DNA from: Candidatus Woesearchaeota archaeon
GTDB taxonomy: Archaea > Nanobdellota > Nanobdellia > Woesearchaeales > ARS49
Assembly: GCA_038891615.1 (NCBI GenBank)
Contig: JAWADY010000002.1
Coordinates: 64,994-128,993 of the forward strand
Direction: 5' to 3'
Length of the DNA: 64,000 nt
The notes beneath the pieces were generated by a model. That model saw only the letters and a program-made list of their open reading frames with translations. It ran no database searches and was not told the origin of the DNA. This document shows, in pieces, positions 17,785 through 27,255 of the stretch (the first letter of the stretch is position 1; each line of letters starts with the position of its first letter). The position numbers were made by a program, and so were the translations under genes.

Positions 17785-18325
17785 AAGGCAACAAGCAAAC
17801 ATTTTTAGCAAAAAGGCTCAACTCCTTAGCCATCACACAAAATTTCTTTTCATAAGCCTTCCATTTGTTATTATCTCCGCTCTTGCGTTGTTTCTTCTCG
17901 CAAACAGGTTTCTTGAAATAAGAGTAAATACCTTTCCCCTCGAGGCAAACGCATTTGTTGAAAGCATACTCTACTCATCTGCTGGGCTGGCTTATGTTGA
18001 CAATGTAACCGGGATTACCTATTCTGGAATCATAGACATCACAAAACTTGAAGAAAAGGACATTGGAAAAAGGTTGTCTAAGGCTTTTAACTATGGTGAA
18101 GGGCAAAGTTACCTTGCAGCAAAGCTTCTGATTGGTGATAGGACAATTTTCTATAACAACGAACCAGAAGCACCTTGGTATGACCGCTGGAAACCAAAGG
18201 TTGGGCTCAAGGGTGCTGGCGGAGTGCAATCGGTTACTTTTGTTAAATATGTGCTCATCAAAAATGGAAGTATGTTAGAACCTGCAACCGTTTACATAGA
18301 GTTGCTCAAGCCTGGTGAGGGCTAA
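17747..18325 (+). CDS. Membrane or pilin-like protein, start uncertain. There is a hydrophobic helix FLFISLPFVIISALALFLLA after KKA|Q.
   Basis: ORF packed between pilin-like genes. The predicted N-terminal helix begins about 35 aa in, so the true start may be downstream. Confidence 0.3.
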   Translation: MLRHFMVVFEVAERQQANIFSKKAQLLSHHTKFLFISLPFVIISALALFLLANRFLEIRVNTFPLEANAFVESILYSSAGLAYVDNVTGITYSGIIDITKLEEKDIGKRLSKAFNYGEGQSYLAAKLLIGDRTIFYNNEPEAPWYDRWKPKVGLKGAGGVQSVTFVKYVLIKNGSMLEPATVYIELLKPGEG

Positions 18326-18900
18326 TGGTAATAAATGGAAGAAAAGGCGTTGTTGGGGAGCTATTAGTTGCATTTCTCTCTTTTGCAGGCCTTGCTCTTA
18401 CAATCCTACTCTTCACTTTCATATTCTCTCCAGCAGACTTTCCTGGTCCTCAAACTTTGACCGTGCTTAATGAAGGAGAAACAGATGGCAAACTTAGACT
18501 GCTGACCATTCTTCGCTCACCAGTTGTTTTTGATGGGGAGAAAATAGATTTTGCAGACATGATTGCACTTTGGCAAGGAAAGCAAGAGCCGCTCGAAAGC
18601 ATTCTTCACTCAGAGCTTGAAAAGCTGCTTAATAACAAGCTAAGTTATGAGTTCGAGCATGCTGGTGTCAAATTTGTGCGCACTTATGCTTTTGCCATTT
18701 ATAGCATAAAAGACGATTTAAGTCGTGGCAAAGAACTAATGAAAGTAGAGGCAAGCGGCTATTCAGGAGGTAAAGAAATAGCCTCAACTCATGTTGCATT
18801 AAAGGATGGCAATGTGCTTGAGGTTGTGCTATTTTCAAGCGCGCAAAAAAAGCCATCCAAAACTCCTGTTTCGAGCGCTTCATCCATACCTATAAAATAA
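18325..18900 (+). CDS. Pilin-like protein (GRKG|VVGELLVAFLSFAGLALTILLFTFIF), 191 aa.
   Basis: Class III-like motif. ATGG overlap with the upstream stop. Confidence 0.45.
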   Translation: MVINGRKGVVGELLVAFLSFAGLALTILLFTFIFSPADFPGPQTLTVLNEGETDGKLRLLTILRSPVVFDGEKIDFADMIALWQGKQEPLESILHSELEKLLNNKLSYEFEHAGVKFVRTYAFAIYSIKDDLSRGKELMKVEASGYSGGKEIASTHVALKDGNVLEVVLFSSAQKKPSKTPVSSASSIPIK

Positions 18901-18901
18901 A

Positions 18902-19870
18902 ATGGTCAAATCAAACAAACGCGCAACAATCTTTTTTGAACCACTAATACTTTTGGGGTTAATCGTTGCTCTTAGCATCGCAGCTATTTCTGTTAGCCAA
19001 AAAAGGTCCTCTTTTGGAACAATTGGCAGACCAGCTGCTGACCTTCTTAATTACAATGACTTTGGTGAAGAACTTCTTTTTAAGGTTGAACAAGCAGCGA
19101 GGTTTGCAGTTCGCGATGCGCTTTATGAGTTGGGTGCAAATGGTTGGAGTGCTGAAGGTCCAAACTTAGGTTGTGATAGCCAGCCAATTGGCAAGCCTTT
19201 GCTTATCGAGAGCTTTCCTACACCACAGGAGATTGTTGAAGAACTAACAAAAATTTCTGATAGGAAGCTTAGGGCTTATTCGCTCAGGGCTTCGCAGCTC
19301 CTTGGTCTTGGGAGGTTGGGCTTCCACTTGCCAACAGGTATTGAATATGAGTGGTTTGTTGAGCACTCTGGTGGGCTGTTGAGAGTGAGTGGCATTGCTG
19401 ACAAGCCAGTTACCTTCTCATTTAGCTCATACGAGGTAGGTAAACCAACACTCTACGGCCAGCCGCTGCCACTGCCAACTGCTTCAGTTGTTTTTATTCC
19501 TCTTGAACGTCCAAAACAGCCAGAAGCCCTGCTCTTGCTTTATGGCAATTATTCGATAAGGCCGTCCTTCACAGTCTGGATAGATTACGACCTTTTCGGC
19601 GTCTATGAAAGAATAAAAGAAGGCGTTGAGCAACTCAAAACAATCATTCAGGAAAACAGGGCTCTTGGTTTTGAGGTGACAGACCTGGCGCTCAAAAACA
19701 AAGTCAAGGAGCTGAATTCTGCGCAGGGAGAGCTTGTTTGGCAAGTCCCTAAGAGGACAAGTGAAGATCCGGCTATCTACTCTTTTGTTATTTCTCATAA
19801 GAAGCAGCTTTTAGGATGCAGTCAGCCTATTCAAATAAGGTTTGCGATGAGAATTCCATTAGCTGCTTGA
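18902..19870 (+). CDS. Pilin-like protein (SNKRA|TIFFEPLILLGLIVALSIAAISV), 322 aa. It is the last gene of the array.
   Basis: Class III-like motif with Glu at +5. Begins 1 nt after the previous stop. Confidence 0.45.
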   Translation: MVKSNKRATIFFEPLILLGLIVALSIAAISVSQKRSSFGTIGRPAADLLNYNDFGEELLFKVEQAARFAVRDALYELGANGWSAEGPNLGCDSQPIGKPLLIESFPTPQEIVEELTKISDRKLRAYSLRASQLLGLGRLGFHLPTGIEYEWFVEHSGGLLRVSGIADKPVTFSFSSYEVGKPTLYGQPLPLPTASVVFIPLERPKQPEALLLLYGNYSIRPSFTVWIDYDLFGVYERIKEGVEQLKTIIQENRALGFEVTDLALKNKVKELNSAQGELVWQVPKRTSEDPAIYSFVISHKKQLLGCSQPIQIRFAMRIPLAA

Positions 19871-19947
19871 GGAAGAAGACTATTTGTCATTATTCTGAAT
19901 CACACAAATATTTATAAATTGCTTTCTGCTCGAGCAACTCATAAGGG

Positions 19948-21036
19948 GTGGTTGAACTGATAAGAATTCCTTATGCTGATATTGTTGAAAAGATAAAGTC
20001 AAAGACAGGCATGTCTGAAGAGGAGATAAGACACCTCGTTGAAGAGAAGCAAAGACAGCTTTCTGGCTTGATTTCAAAGGACGGAGCTGCGCACATCGTT
20101 GCAAACGAACTCGGGGTTAAGCTTTTTGAACATGGTAGCAGGTTGAAAATCAAAGAGCTATATCCAGAAATGCGAGCAATCGAGACTGTTGGCAAGGTTC
20201 TACAGGTTTTCCTGCCAAAGCAGTTTGTACGTGCGGATAACACTTTTGGAAACGTTGGAAGCTTTACGTTGGGCGATGAGACAGGCCACATAAGGGTTGT
20301 TTGTTGGGGAAAGAATGCTGAAGCAATGGCAGGGCTGAAGGTTGGGGATGTTGTTAGAATAATTTCTGGATATGTTCGCGAAAACAGAGGCCTAAGAGAG
20401 GTTCATCTTAATGACAATAGCTCACTCATTATTAATCCAGAAGGCATTGACATAACCGAGGTAAAACAACCCGCAGCCGCAATAAAAAAAGCAATTAAGG
20501 AACTTTCTGATGGGGATGAGAATATTGAAATAACAGGTACAGTTATACAGGTTTTTGATTTGAAGTTCTTTGAGTCGTGCCCTGATTGTGGTAAGAGGCT
20601 TAAGCAAGAAGGCTCTGAATGGTTTTGTAGGCTTCACAAGCGCGTGGAACCGACTTACTCTCCTGTTTTAAACTTGATCCTTGATGATGGAACAGATTCG
20701 ATACGCGTTGTTCTCTTCAGAAATCAGGTTGAAAGGCTTCTTGACAAAAGCACGCAAGATGTCCTCGCCTATAAGGGCTCTCCTGAAAGCTTTTCAGACT
20801 TCAAAACAGCTCTGCTTGGAGAAGTACTACGGCTCATCGGTCGGGTAAAACGCAATGAATTTTTTGACAGGCTTGAGTTCACTGCACAACGCGTTTTCAA
20901 AATTCAACCTGGTCAGGAAGAAGTAAAAGCCGAAGTGCAACCTGCTGAGACTGAAAGAACAGAGTTTAAGCCTGAAGAGCTTGAATTTACTAGTGCTGAG
21001 CACTGGTCACTGGACAACTCTGCGCAGAATATATAA
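19948..21036 (+). CDS. Replication protein A-like single-stranded DNA-binding protein (OB folds plus a zinc ribbon).
   Basis: OB-fold signature DETGHIRVVCWGKNAEAMAGLKVGDVVRIISGYVRENRG...EVHLN. Zn-ribbon CPDCGKRL...CRLH. Sits just upstream of radA. Confidence 0.6.
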   Translation: MVELIRIPYADIVEKIKSKTGMSEEEIRHLVEEKQRQLSGLISKDGAAHIVANELGVKLFEHGSRLKIKELYPEMRAIETVGKVLQVFLPKQFVRADNTFGNVGSFTLGDETGHIRVVCWGKNAEAMAGLKVGDVVRIISGYVRENRGLREVHLNDNSSLIINPEGIDITEVKQPAAAIKKAIKELSDGDENIEITGTVIQVFDLKFFESCPDCGKRLKQEGSEWFCRLHKRVEPTYSPVLNLILDDGTDSIRVVLFRNQVERLLDKSTQDVLAYKGSPESFSDFKTALLGEVLRLIGRVKRNEFFDRLEFTAQRVFKIQPGQEEVKAEVQPAETERTEFKPEELEFTSAEHWSLDNSAQNI

Positions 21037-21268
21037 GTTAAGCGATAAGTATTAAAGAATATGAAACAAACACTTGAAAGGTCAGCCCTGCTTTCGAGCA
21101 AGCTTTCGAATGACTCTCACTTAATGCTAAAAGATGTAAAAATGGTTAAAACAGAAGCAGAAAGGATGAAAAAAGCACGCCAATTTAGAAAGTTTTTCAA
21201 CTTTTCGTACAAAAGGCAAATAAAAACCACCTCTTGTAAAAGCAAAAAAGATTTGGAGGCGGTGAAAA

Positions 21269-21517
21269 ATGGAAAAGAAAATGCCTGAAAAGAAATTCAG
21301 GGCAGGCGCGGTTAGCGCAACGATATGGCTAAATGAAGGGTTAAGGGATGGGCAAATAGTCAACTACCCCACCGTGTGCTTTGAAAAGGTATACAAGGAC
21401 AAGTCTGGGCAGTGGAAATCGACAAATTCTTTAAACATGAGTGATATCCCCAAAGCAATAGTTGTGCTCTCAAAAGCTTTTGAGTTCCTTGCGCTCAAGT
21501 CAAAAGAAACTTCCTAA
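21269..21517 (+). CDS. Small conserved hypothetical protein of 82 aa, immediately upstream of radA.
   Basis: Intact ORF with a GGAGG-like sequence upstream (tttggaggcggtg). No recognisable motif. Confidence 0.3.
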   Translation: MEKKMPEKKFRAGAVSATIWLNEGLRDGQIVNYPTVCFEKVYKDKSGQWKSTNSLNMSDIPKAIVVLSKAFEFLALKSKETS

Positions 21518-21538
21518 AAGCGATAAGGTGACCTCATA

Positions 21539-22525
21539 ATGCCTGGAAAGGAAGAAAGTGGAAAAAGAAAGATAACCTCTGTAGCGGACCTTCCAGGCAT
21601 AGGACCAGCAACGCTTGAAAAGCTTGAGGCTGCAGGCTTTAACGACTTGATGTCGGTTGCAGTTGCAACACCTGGCGAGCTTGTTGGAGCTGCAGAGATT
21701 TCAGAAGCAACTGCAAAGAAAATAATCTCAATTGCGCGAGCTAATCTTGAAATGGATTTTGCTTCAGGCGATGAACTTCTAAAGAGACGAGAAAATGTCA
21801 TGAGAATAACAACTGGCAGTAGCGCGCTTGACAAGCTTTTGGGCGGCGGGGTGGAGACTGCAGCCCTGACAGAAGCTTATGGGATGTATGGAAGCGGAAA
21901 AAGCCAGCTAGGCTTTGCGCTCGCAGTTAGATGTCAACTTCCGGTTGAAAAAGGTGGGCTTGGAGGATGTGCTGTTTTTATCGACACAGAAGGGACTTTC
22001 AGGCCAGAAAGGATATCTCAAATAGCCACCGCTCTTGGAATGTCTCCACAAGAAGTTCTAAAGAACATCAAAGTTGCACGAGCAATAAACGCAGACCATC
22101 AAATGCTTCTTGCTGAAAAAATTGAAGACTTGATAAAGAATCAAGGTTTGCCTGTCAAACTTGTTGTAATAGACAGTCTGACTGCTCATTTTAGGGCAGA
22201 ATTCGTTGGGCGAGGCACCCTTGCAGACAGGCAGCAGAAAATAAATAGGCACATGCACAGACTGCTGAGGCTCGCAGAACAGTACAATCTTGCGGTCTAT
22301 GTAACAAACCAGGTCATGTCAAAGCCTGATGTGTTCTTTGGAGACCCAACCGAAGCCATCGGTGGTAACATAGTTTTCCACAACAGCACCTACAGGCTCT
22401 ATCTAAGGAAAGGAAGAAAAGGCACACGTGTTGCAAAGATGGTTGATGCCCCAAACATTCCAGAATCAGAAGCCGTTTTCGTCATTGATGAGAGCGGTGT
22501 CCGTGACGCAAAAGGGCTTGATTGA
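21539..22525 (+). CDS. radA: DNA repair and recombination protein RadA (archaeal RecA/Rad51 homologue).
   Basis: N-terminal HhH segment LPGIGPATLEKLEAAGF. Walker A GMYGSGKSQL. FIDTEGTFRPERI. Length 328 aa. Confidence 0.9.
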   Translation: MPGKEESGKRKITSVADLPGIGPATLEKLEAAGFNDLMSVAVATPGELVGAAEISEATAKKIISIARANLEMDFASGDELLKRRENVMRITTGSSALDKLLGGGVETAALTEAYGMYGSGKSQLGFALAVRCQLPVEKGGLGGCAVFIDTEGTFRPERISQIATALGMSPQEVLKNIKVARAINADHQMLLAEKIEDLIKNQGLPVKLVVIDSLTAHFRAEFVGRGTLADRQQKINRHMHRLLRLAEQYNLAVYVTNQVMSKPDVFFGDPTEAIGGNIVFHNSTYRLYLRKGRKGTRVAKMVDAPNIPESEAVFVIDESGVRDAKGLD

Positions 22526-22754
22526 TTTTTGCTGGATAAAAAGGCATCGCAGCAATGCGACTTTGCGGCGAATTAAGATACAAAATGTTTGAGCTGGAAT
22601 TCAGAACTATGTTGCAAACCTTGAATAGGATTGAACATTTTGTGCACGGCAACGATAGGTTTAAATACGCCTAAGTCAAAGATTTTCAATGTTGTGTGTA
22701 GCTTATTCTACATGCAGCTCAATACAAAAATCGAAGAAAGGGTGAATAGATAAA

Positions 22755-23099
22755 ATGTACGGAAATTTTGGTGGGAGAGATTTCCGACCAAGAGGGGGCA
22801 TTGCTCCCATAAAGGTTGGAGAAGAGCTTGATGTAACCATCGAAGCTGTTGGAGAGAAAGGGGATGGCATAGCCAAAAAAAATGGCTTTGTCATCTTTGT
22901 GCCAAACACAAAGCAAGGCCAAAAAGTCCGCATACGAGTGACAAAAGTCCTTGCAAAGGTCGGTTTTGCAGAGGTCGTTGAAGCAGCCAAGGAAGCCCCT
23001 GCCCCAGCAGCTGAGCCAGCTGTTGAAGAGGTTGCTGAAGAAGCTCCTAGCTCTCCAGAAGACACTGAGACCTTTGGTGAAGAAGAGACAGAGGAATAG
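22755..23099 (+). CDS. TRAM domain-containing small protein with an acidic C-terminal tail.
   Basis: GEELDVTIEAVGEKGDGIAKKNGFVIFVPNTKQGQKVRIRVTKVLAKVGFAEVV matches the archaeal stand-alone TRAM fold pattern. Confidence 0.65.
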   Translation: MYGNFGGRDFRPRGGIAPIKVGEELDVTIEAVGEKGDGIAKKNGFVIFVPNTKQGQKVRIRVTKVLAKVGFAEVVEAAKEAPAPAAEPAVEEVAEEAPSSPEDTETFGEEETEE

Positions 23100-23103
23100 T
23101 TAC

Positions 23104-23150
23104 GTTTTGTTTTTTTTCGCAAATTTTTTATTATTCTTTTTATGCGGTCA
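23104..23150 (+). terminator. Oligo-T-rich stretch downstream of the TRAM gene, a putative archaeal intrinsic terminator.
   Basis: cgttttgttttttttcgcaaattttttattattctttttatgc. Confidence 0.35.
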
Positions 23151-23156
23151 TGACTA

Positions 23157-23705
23157 ATGAGACTTTTTGTAGCAGTTGGTTTGCCGAAGGAGGTAAGTGA
23201 GCACTTGCACGAGCTCGCAGTGGCGCTTGCTTCTGAGCCTTCTGCTAAGGTTGCCCTTGCCGCTGGAAGCCATCTAACATTAAAATTTCTTGGAGAGCAA
23301 CCAGAAGAGAAGCTAGAAGAAATAAAGAGCCTGCTTTCTGAAATTAGTTTTGAGCCATTCGAGGGAGCGCTCAATGGTATTGGATGGTTTCCTGGAGGAA
23401 AAAGGATGCGTGTTATCTGGATTGGGATAAAACCAGAAGAAGCATTTTCTAAACTTCAACAAAAGGTGGAAAGCTCGCTTAAAAGCTTTGGCAAGGCAGA
23501 AGAAAGAGCCTTTTCTCCTCACATCACTTTGGCAAGAGTGAAGGCTATTTTTGACAAGGCTGCCTTTGCAAAAGCTGTTACAGAGCTCGGCAAGAGAGTG
23601 AAACAGCTTCGCTTTGTAGTTACCAGCTTTAGCCTTATGAAATCGACTCTAACCAAAAAAGGGGCTGTTTACGAGGAGTTGGCTAAATTTGTTGCAAAGG
23701 CTTGA
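23157..23705 (+). CDS. thpR: RNA 2',3'-cyclic phosphodiesterase (2'-5' RNA ligase LigT/ThpR family, 2H phosphoesterase).
   Basis: Two H-x-T-x motifs (HLTLKFLG and HITLARV) at the expected spacing in a 182-aa protein. Confidence 0.8.
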   Translation: MRLFVAVGLPKEVSEHLHELAVALASEPSAKVALAAGSHLTLKFLGEQPEEKLEEIKSLLSEISFEPFEGALNGIGWFPGGKRMRVIWIGIKPEEAFSKLQQKVESSLKSFGKAEERAFSPHITLARVKAIFDKAAFAKAVTELGKRVKQLRFVVTSFSLMKSTLTKKGAVYEELAKFVAKA

Positions 23706-23814
23706 CAGAAATCTTTATAAAGGCTATTCAGTCGAATCTTGACAAAATAACCAACGCACAAAGCCTGCTTGGCTTTGCGCATCGGCTGTTGAGGTAGCCA
23801 AATTTGTTTATAAC

Positions 23815-24417
23815 ATGGCAGTCGAATCACAGTTTTTGGTCCCTCAAGAACTCTATCTTAAGTCCGGCATACACATAGGGACAAAGTTTAAGACTAGGTA
23901 TATGGCCCCCTTTATTTACAAGACAAGGCCTGACGGGCTTGCCGTGCTCAACCTGCAAAAAATAGACCAACGAATAGGTATTGCAGCAAACCTTCTCGCA
24001 CAATTTGCTCCAGAAGACATCGTTGTTGTTAGCAGGAGAGAGAATAGTTGGAAGGCTGTCAAGGCTTTTGGCAAGGTTGTTGGCTGCAGGGTGTTCGCTG
24101 GAAGATATCCCCCTGGAATAATTACAAATCCTAGGCTTGAAAGCTACATGGAGGCAAAGATTTTTCTTGTTACTGATGCCTGGCCTGATAGAAATGCAAT
24201 AAATGATGCTCTTTCGCTTGGTATCCCTGTAATTGCGCTCTGCGATACCAATAACACTGCAAACAACATCGACCTAGTCATTCCATGCAACAATAAGGGG
24301 AAGAAAAGTCTAGGTTTGCTTTTTTTCATACTAGCGAGGGAATATCTCCGAAGACGAGGTCTTCTTGGCAAGGACGAGGAGCCTAAATTTACCCTCGAAG
24401 ACTTTGTTGAGGAATAA
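23815..24417 (+). CDS. rps2: 30S ribosomal protein S2 (uS2).
   Basis: LLKSGIHIGTKFKTRYMAPFIY, VVSRRENSWKAVKAF, IALCDTNNTANNIDLVIPCNNKG. These are archaeal uS2 signatures. Confidence 0.85.
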   Translation: MAVESQFLVPQELYLKSGIHIGTKFKTRYMAPFIYKTRPDGLAVLNLQKIDQRIGIAANLLAQFAPEDIVVVSRRENSWKAVKAFGKVVGCRVFAGRYPPGIITNPRLESYMEAKIFLVTDAWPDRNAINDALSLGIPVIALCDTNNTANNIDLVIPCNNKGKKSLGLLFFILAREYLRRRGLLGKDEEPKFTLEDFVEE

Positions 24418-25162
24418 TTTTATCGACGGCAGCTTTTAGCCCTTCCGGCACAATCTCAAAAAGAAGTTCGCGTTCTCCAGCAATACTCCTGTGCTTGCGA
24501 AGGATTGCTTTTCTCAGTCCACCATGACCAATCTGAAGCTCAATAAGACACTTGCTGCCATACTTCAGAATGTCTCCTCCTACCATTGCCATCCTGCGGC
24601 CGCTGGCATGATTGCCATGCCACGCCAAAGGCTGTTCTAGCCTTTCCTCACGCTCAAATGTGCTATAAACCTGGTTTGTAAGAAGGACAGGGATTTTCTT
24701 CTTTCTCGCGATTTCAGTTAAGCCTGCAACCTGTAAGCCAAGCTCTCTATTAAAATTTCCACTACTGTTTCCTATCTTCCTTTCGAGCCTGTAGAGCATG
24801 GATATAGTATCGACAACAATCAATCCTATTTTCTGGTTTACCAGACTTTTCAGCCTTTCAATGCTTCTTTTTTGTTGTTGAAAGGTTGTTGGGTTTAGAA
24901 AAATTATTTTCTCTAAAATTGGCTTGTAGTTTTTGGCAAGCTGTTTCAGTCTTGCTACCGAGAAACCTCCTTCTGTATCAACAAATATTGTTTTTTTCCC
25001 ACGCTCTGCCGTTGCAATAGCAGCCAAAAGAGCGAGTGTTGTCTTTCCTGCCCCTGCAGGTCCATAAATTGTCGTAACAGCATCCTGCTCGTATCCACCT
25101 TCCAAAAAGGCATCAAGCAAAGAAGAGCCTGTCGGAACTCTCTGCTCGGTCAAGGTTACCAT
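24389..25162 (-). CDS. radB: RadB-like RecA-superfamily ATPase (archaeal RadA paralogue; a KaiC-like assignment is not excluded).
   Basis: Walker A GPAGAGKTTLALLAA. FVDTEGGFSVARL. Walker B LIVVDTIS. Length 257 aa. Confidence 0.65.
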   Translation of the reverse strand: MVTLTEQRVPTGSSLLDAFLEGGYEQDAVTTIYGPAGAGKTTLALLAAIATAERGKKTIFVDTEGGFSVARLKQLAKNYKPILEKIIFLNPTTFQQQKRSIERLKSLVNQKIGLIVVDTISMLYRLERKIGNSSGNFNRELGLQVAGLTEIARKKKIPVLLTNQVYSTFEREERLEQPLAWHGNHASGRRMAMVGGDILKYGSKCLIELQIGHGGLRKAILRKHRSIAGERELLFEIVPEGLKAAVDKIIPQQSLRG

Positions 25163-25299
25163 TTTGGATTAATTTTTTTTCAGATTTTATAACCTTTTTG
25201 TCTGTTCTGAGCGCATTCACAAAATTGAAACGAAACCATTGCCAAAGTCAGAGAAAAGTTTTTTAAGCCCTTTTCCGCACGCAACTAAAAAAGAGCACC

Positions 25300-26553
25300 A
25301 TGAACCCTATATTAAGTTTTTTTGTATGGACTGCTATATGTATTTCCCTTTACTTTTCAGTCTTTTGGCTACTTGTATTCATTGAGGGAGATGTTCAAAC
25401 AAGGCAGCGCACTACAAAGCTAAAGCGCTTTCCTTACATCTCCGTTGTAGTTCCTGCATTTAATGAGGAAACTCATATTACCGAAACCCTCCATTCCCTT
25501 CTCAATCTAGATTATCCAAAGAAAAGGCTTGAAATAATTGTAGTGGATGATGGGAGCACTGATCGCACAGCAGAGATGGTCCAAAGCATAGCCAGGAAAT
25601 TCAGCGACAGGAAGATAAAACTTATTCGCAAGGTAAATGGGGGAAAGGGAAGCGCGCTGAATGCAGGGCTCAAAAAGGCCAAAGGGGAGTTATTTGTCTG
25701 CATGGATGCGGATTCTATTGTGCTGCCTGACGCCCTCCGCAAAGCACTCATCCACTTTGAACCTGATGTGGCAGCAGTCCTGCCATTGCTGAAAGTGAAG
25801 AATCCAAAAGCTGTTGTTCAGAAAATGCAATGGTTTGAATACCTTATCAACATGTTTTACAAGAAGCTTCTTTCAAAGCTAAACTGCATTCATGTCGCAC
25901 CAGGCCCCTTCTCCGTCTACAGAACAGCCGTCCTTAAGGAGGTTGGCGGATTTGATGAGCACAATCTTACTGAAGACCTTGAGATGACCCTTCGTTTGCA
26001 ATCAAAGAACTATAGAATCGTTCAGCTTGATAACACCAGCGTGTACACAATCTCACCACATTCTTTTAAAGAGTTTTATAAACAGCGCAACAGATGGTAC
26101 AAAGGAACTCTTCTTAACCTTGCAAAATATAAACATATGATTTTTAACTCAAAGTATGGCGATTTCGGCCTATTTCAGCTTCCTTCTGTCCTGCTTACAG
26201 GGGTTGTTGCACTGATCCTTTTCTCCTCTTTTGTGTGGGACAAGCTAAAGCCTTCTTTCGATTTTCTGTACAGGCTCAAATTCGTTAACTTTGATTTTAT
26301 GACGCTACTCCGTGATTTTCATTTTGAAATAAAATTCTTAGATTTAGACATCCGATGGCTCTTCACTTTTGCGATTGTCATGACTCTCGCAATTTTCATC
26401 CTTATCAAGTCCCATCAGCTGACCAAGGAGCGCATTAAGCCAAAAAGCACCATCCCGCTTTTGATCTATCTTTTTGGTTACTATGCCCTGCTAACCATTG
26501 TTTGGATAACTGTTCTTTTTGAACTCGCAATTGGCAGAAGGCAGAGGTGGTAG
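25300..26553 (+). CDS. Membrane-bound family 2 glycosyltransferase (GT-A fold with C-terminal TM helices).
   Basis: VVVPAFNEE, VVDDGSTDRT, GGKGSALNAG, DADS, QRNRWYKG (Q-x-x-RW). N- and C-terminal TM helices. Confidence 0.8.
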   Translation: MNPILSFFVWTAICISLYFSVFWLLVFIEGDVQTRQRTTKLKRFPYISVVVPAFNEETHITETLHSLLNLDYPKKRLEIIVVDDGSTDRTAEMVQSIARKFSDRKIKLIRKVNGGKGSALNAGLKKAKGELFVCMDADSIVLPDALRKALIHFEPDVAAVLPLLKVKNPKAVVQKMQWFEYLINMFYKKLLSKLNCIHVAPGPFSVYRTAVLKEVGGFDEHNLTEDLEMTLRLQSKNYRIVQLDNTSVYTISPHSFKEFYKQRNRWYKGTLLNLAKYKHMIFNSKYGDFGLFQLPSVLLTGVVALILFSSFVWDKLKPSFDFLYRLKFVNFDFMTLLRDFHFEIKFLDLDIRWLFTFAIVMTLAIFILIKSHQLTKERIKPKSTIPLLIYLFGYYALLTIVWITVLFELAIGRRQRW

Positions 26554-27249
26554 ATGGTTGAACGTACGATAAGCAAATCTAAATACATTCTTGCAGCTCT
26601 AATAACTGGCGTAATCTTTTTGCTTGGAATTGCCCTTGGCTTGGTTATTGAGGGCAAGAGGGTAACTTATGTTCAGGATTTTATGGATTCCCAACGAATT
26701 GAATTTACGAGCTCACAACTCCAATACAGCTATTTGAAGGAGCTAAACAGGAAGGATGATTGTCCTGCAATTTACGAGATATTTTATTCAAACCTGCGAA
26801 ACCTTGAGCGAACAGGAGCCCGCTTGGAAGGATACGCAGTCAACAGCAAAATAAATGACGAGGCTTTTAATCGCTTAAAGAGGGAGTACGTGCTTGAGGA
26901 ATTGCGATACTGGCTTCTTGCAAAACAAGCCAAAGAGTTGTGTGAAGACAAATTTATTACAATGCTGTATTTCTATTCGGATGATGAGCACTGTCCCCGC
27001 TGTGGCGACCAGGAATTCGTGCTGAACTATCTCAAAAAGGCTTTTGAACAGAAGCTACTTATTTTCTCACTTGATGAAAGGCTCAATGAGCCAATGATTT
27101 TGATTCTAAAAAAGCAATACAATCTAACAACTTTTCCAACCCTTATTGTTGAAGAAAAGAAATATGCTGGCTTCACTTCAAAGGATATCCTTCTTAAAGA
27201 GCTCTGCAGCAGACTTGATGCTCCACCTTGTGAGGCTTTAAGAAAGTAA
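26554..27249 (+). CDS. Membrane-anchored thioredoxin-fold protein, a putative extracytoplasmic thiol-disulfide oxidoreductase.
   Basis: N-terminal TM anchor. beta-CxxC-alpha segment MLYFYSDDEHCPRCGDQEFVLNYLKK. cis-Pro loop TTFPTLIV. The start abuts the GT2 stop. Confidence 0.5.
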   Translation: MVERTISKSKYILAALITGVIFLLGIALGLVIEGKRVTYVQDFMDSQRIEFTSSQLQYSYLKELNRKDDCPAIYEIFYSNLRNLERTGARLEGYAVNSKINDEAFNRLKREYVLEELRYWLLAKQAKELCEDKFITMLYFYSDDEHCPRCGDQEFVLNYLKKAFEQKLLIFSLDERLNEPMILILKKQYNLTTFPTLIVEEKKYAGFTSKDILLKELCSRLDAPPCEALRK

Positions 27250-27255
27250 AATTTC

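Noticed and set aside
22526-22754. 229-bp intergenic region between radA and the TRAM gene, considered as a possible small RNA.
   Set aside because: No C/D-box, H/ACA or other recognisable RNA motifs are present, and there are only weak hairpins. It is probably a promoter and UTR.
22703-23374. 223-aa ORF on the minus strand, Ser/Ala-rich.
   Set aside because: It lies entirely antisense to the well-supported TRAM and thpR genes and has low-complexity composition. It is a shadow ORF.
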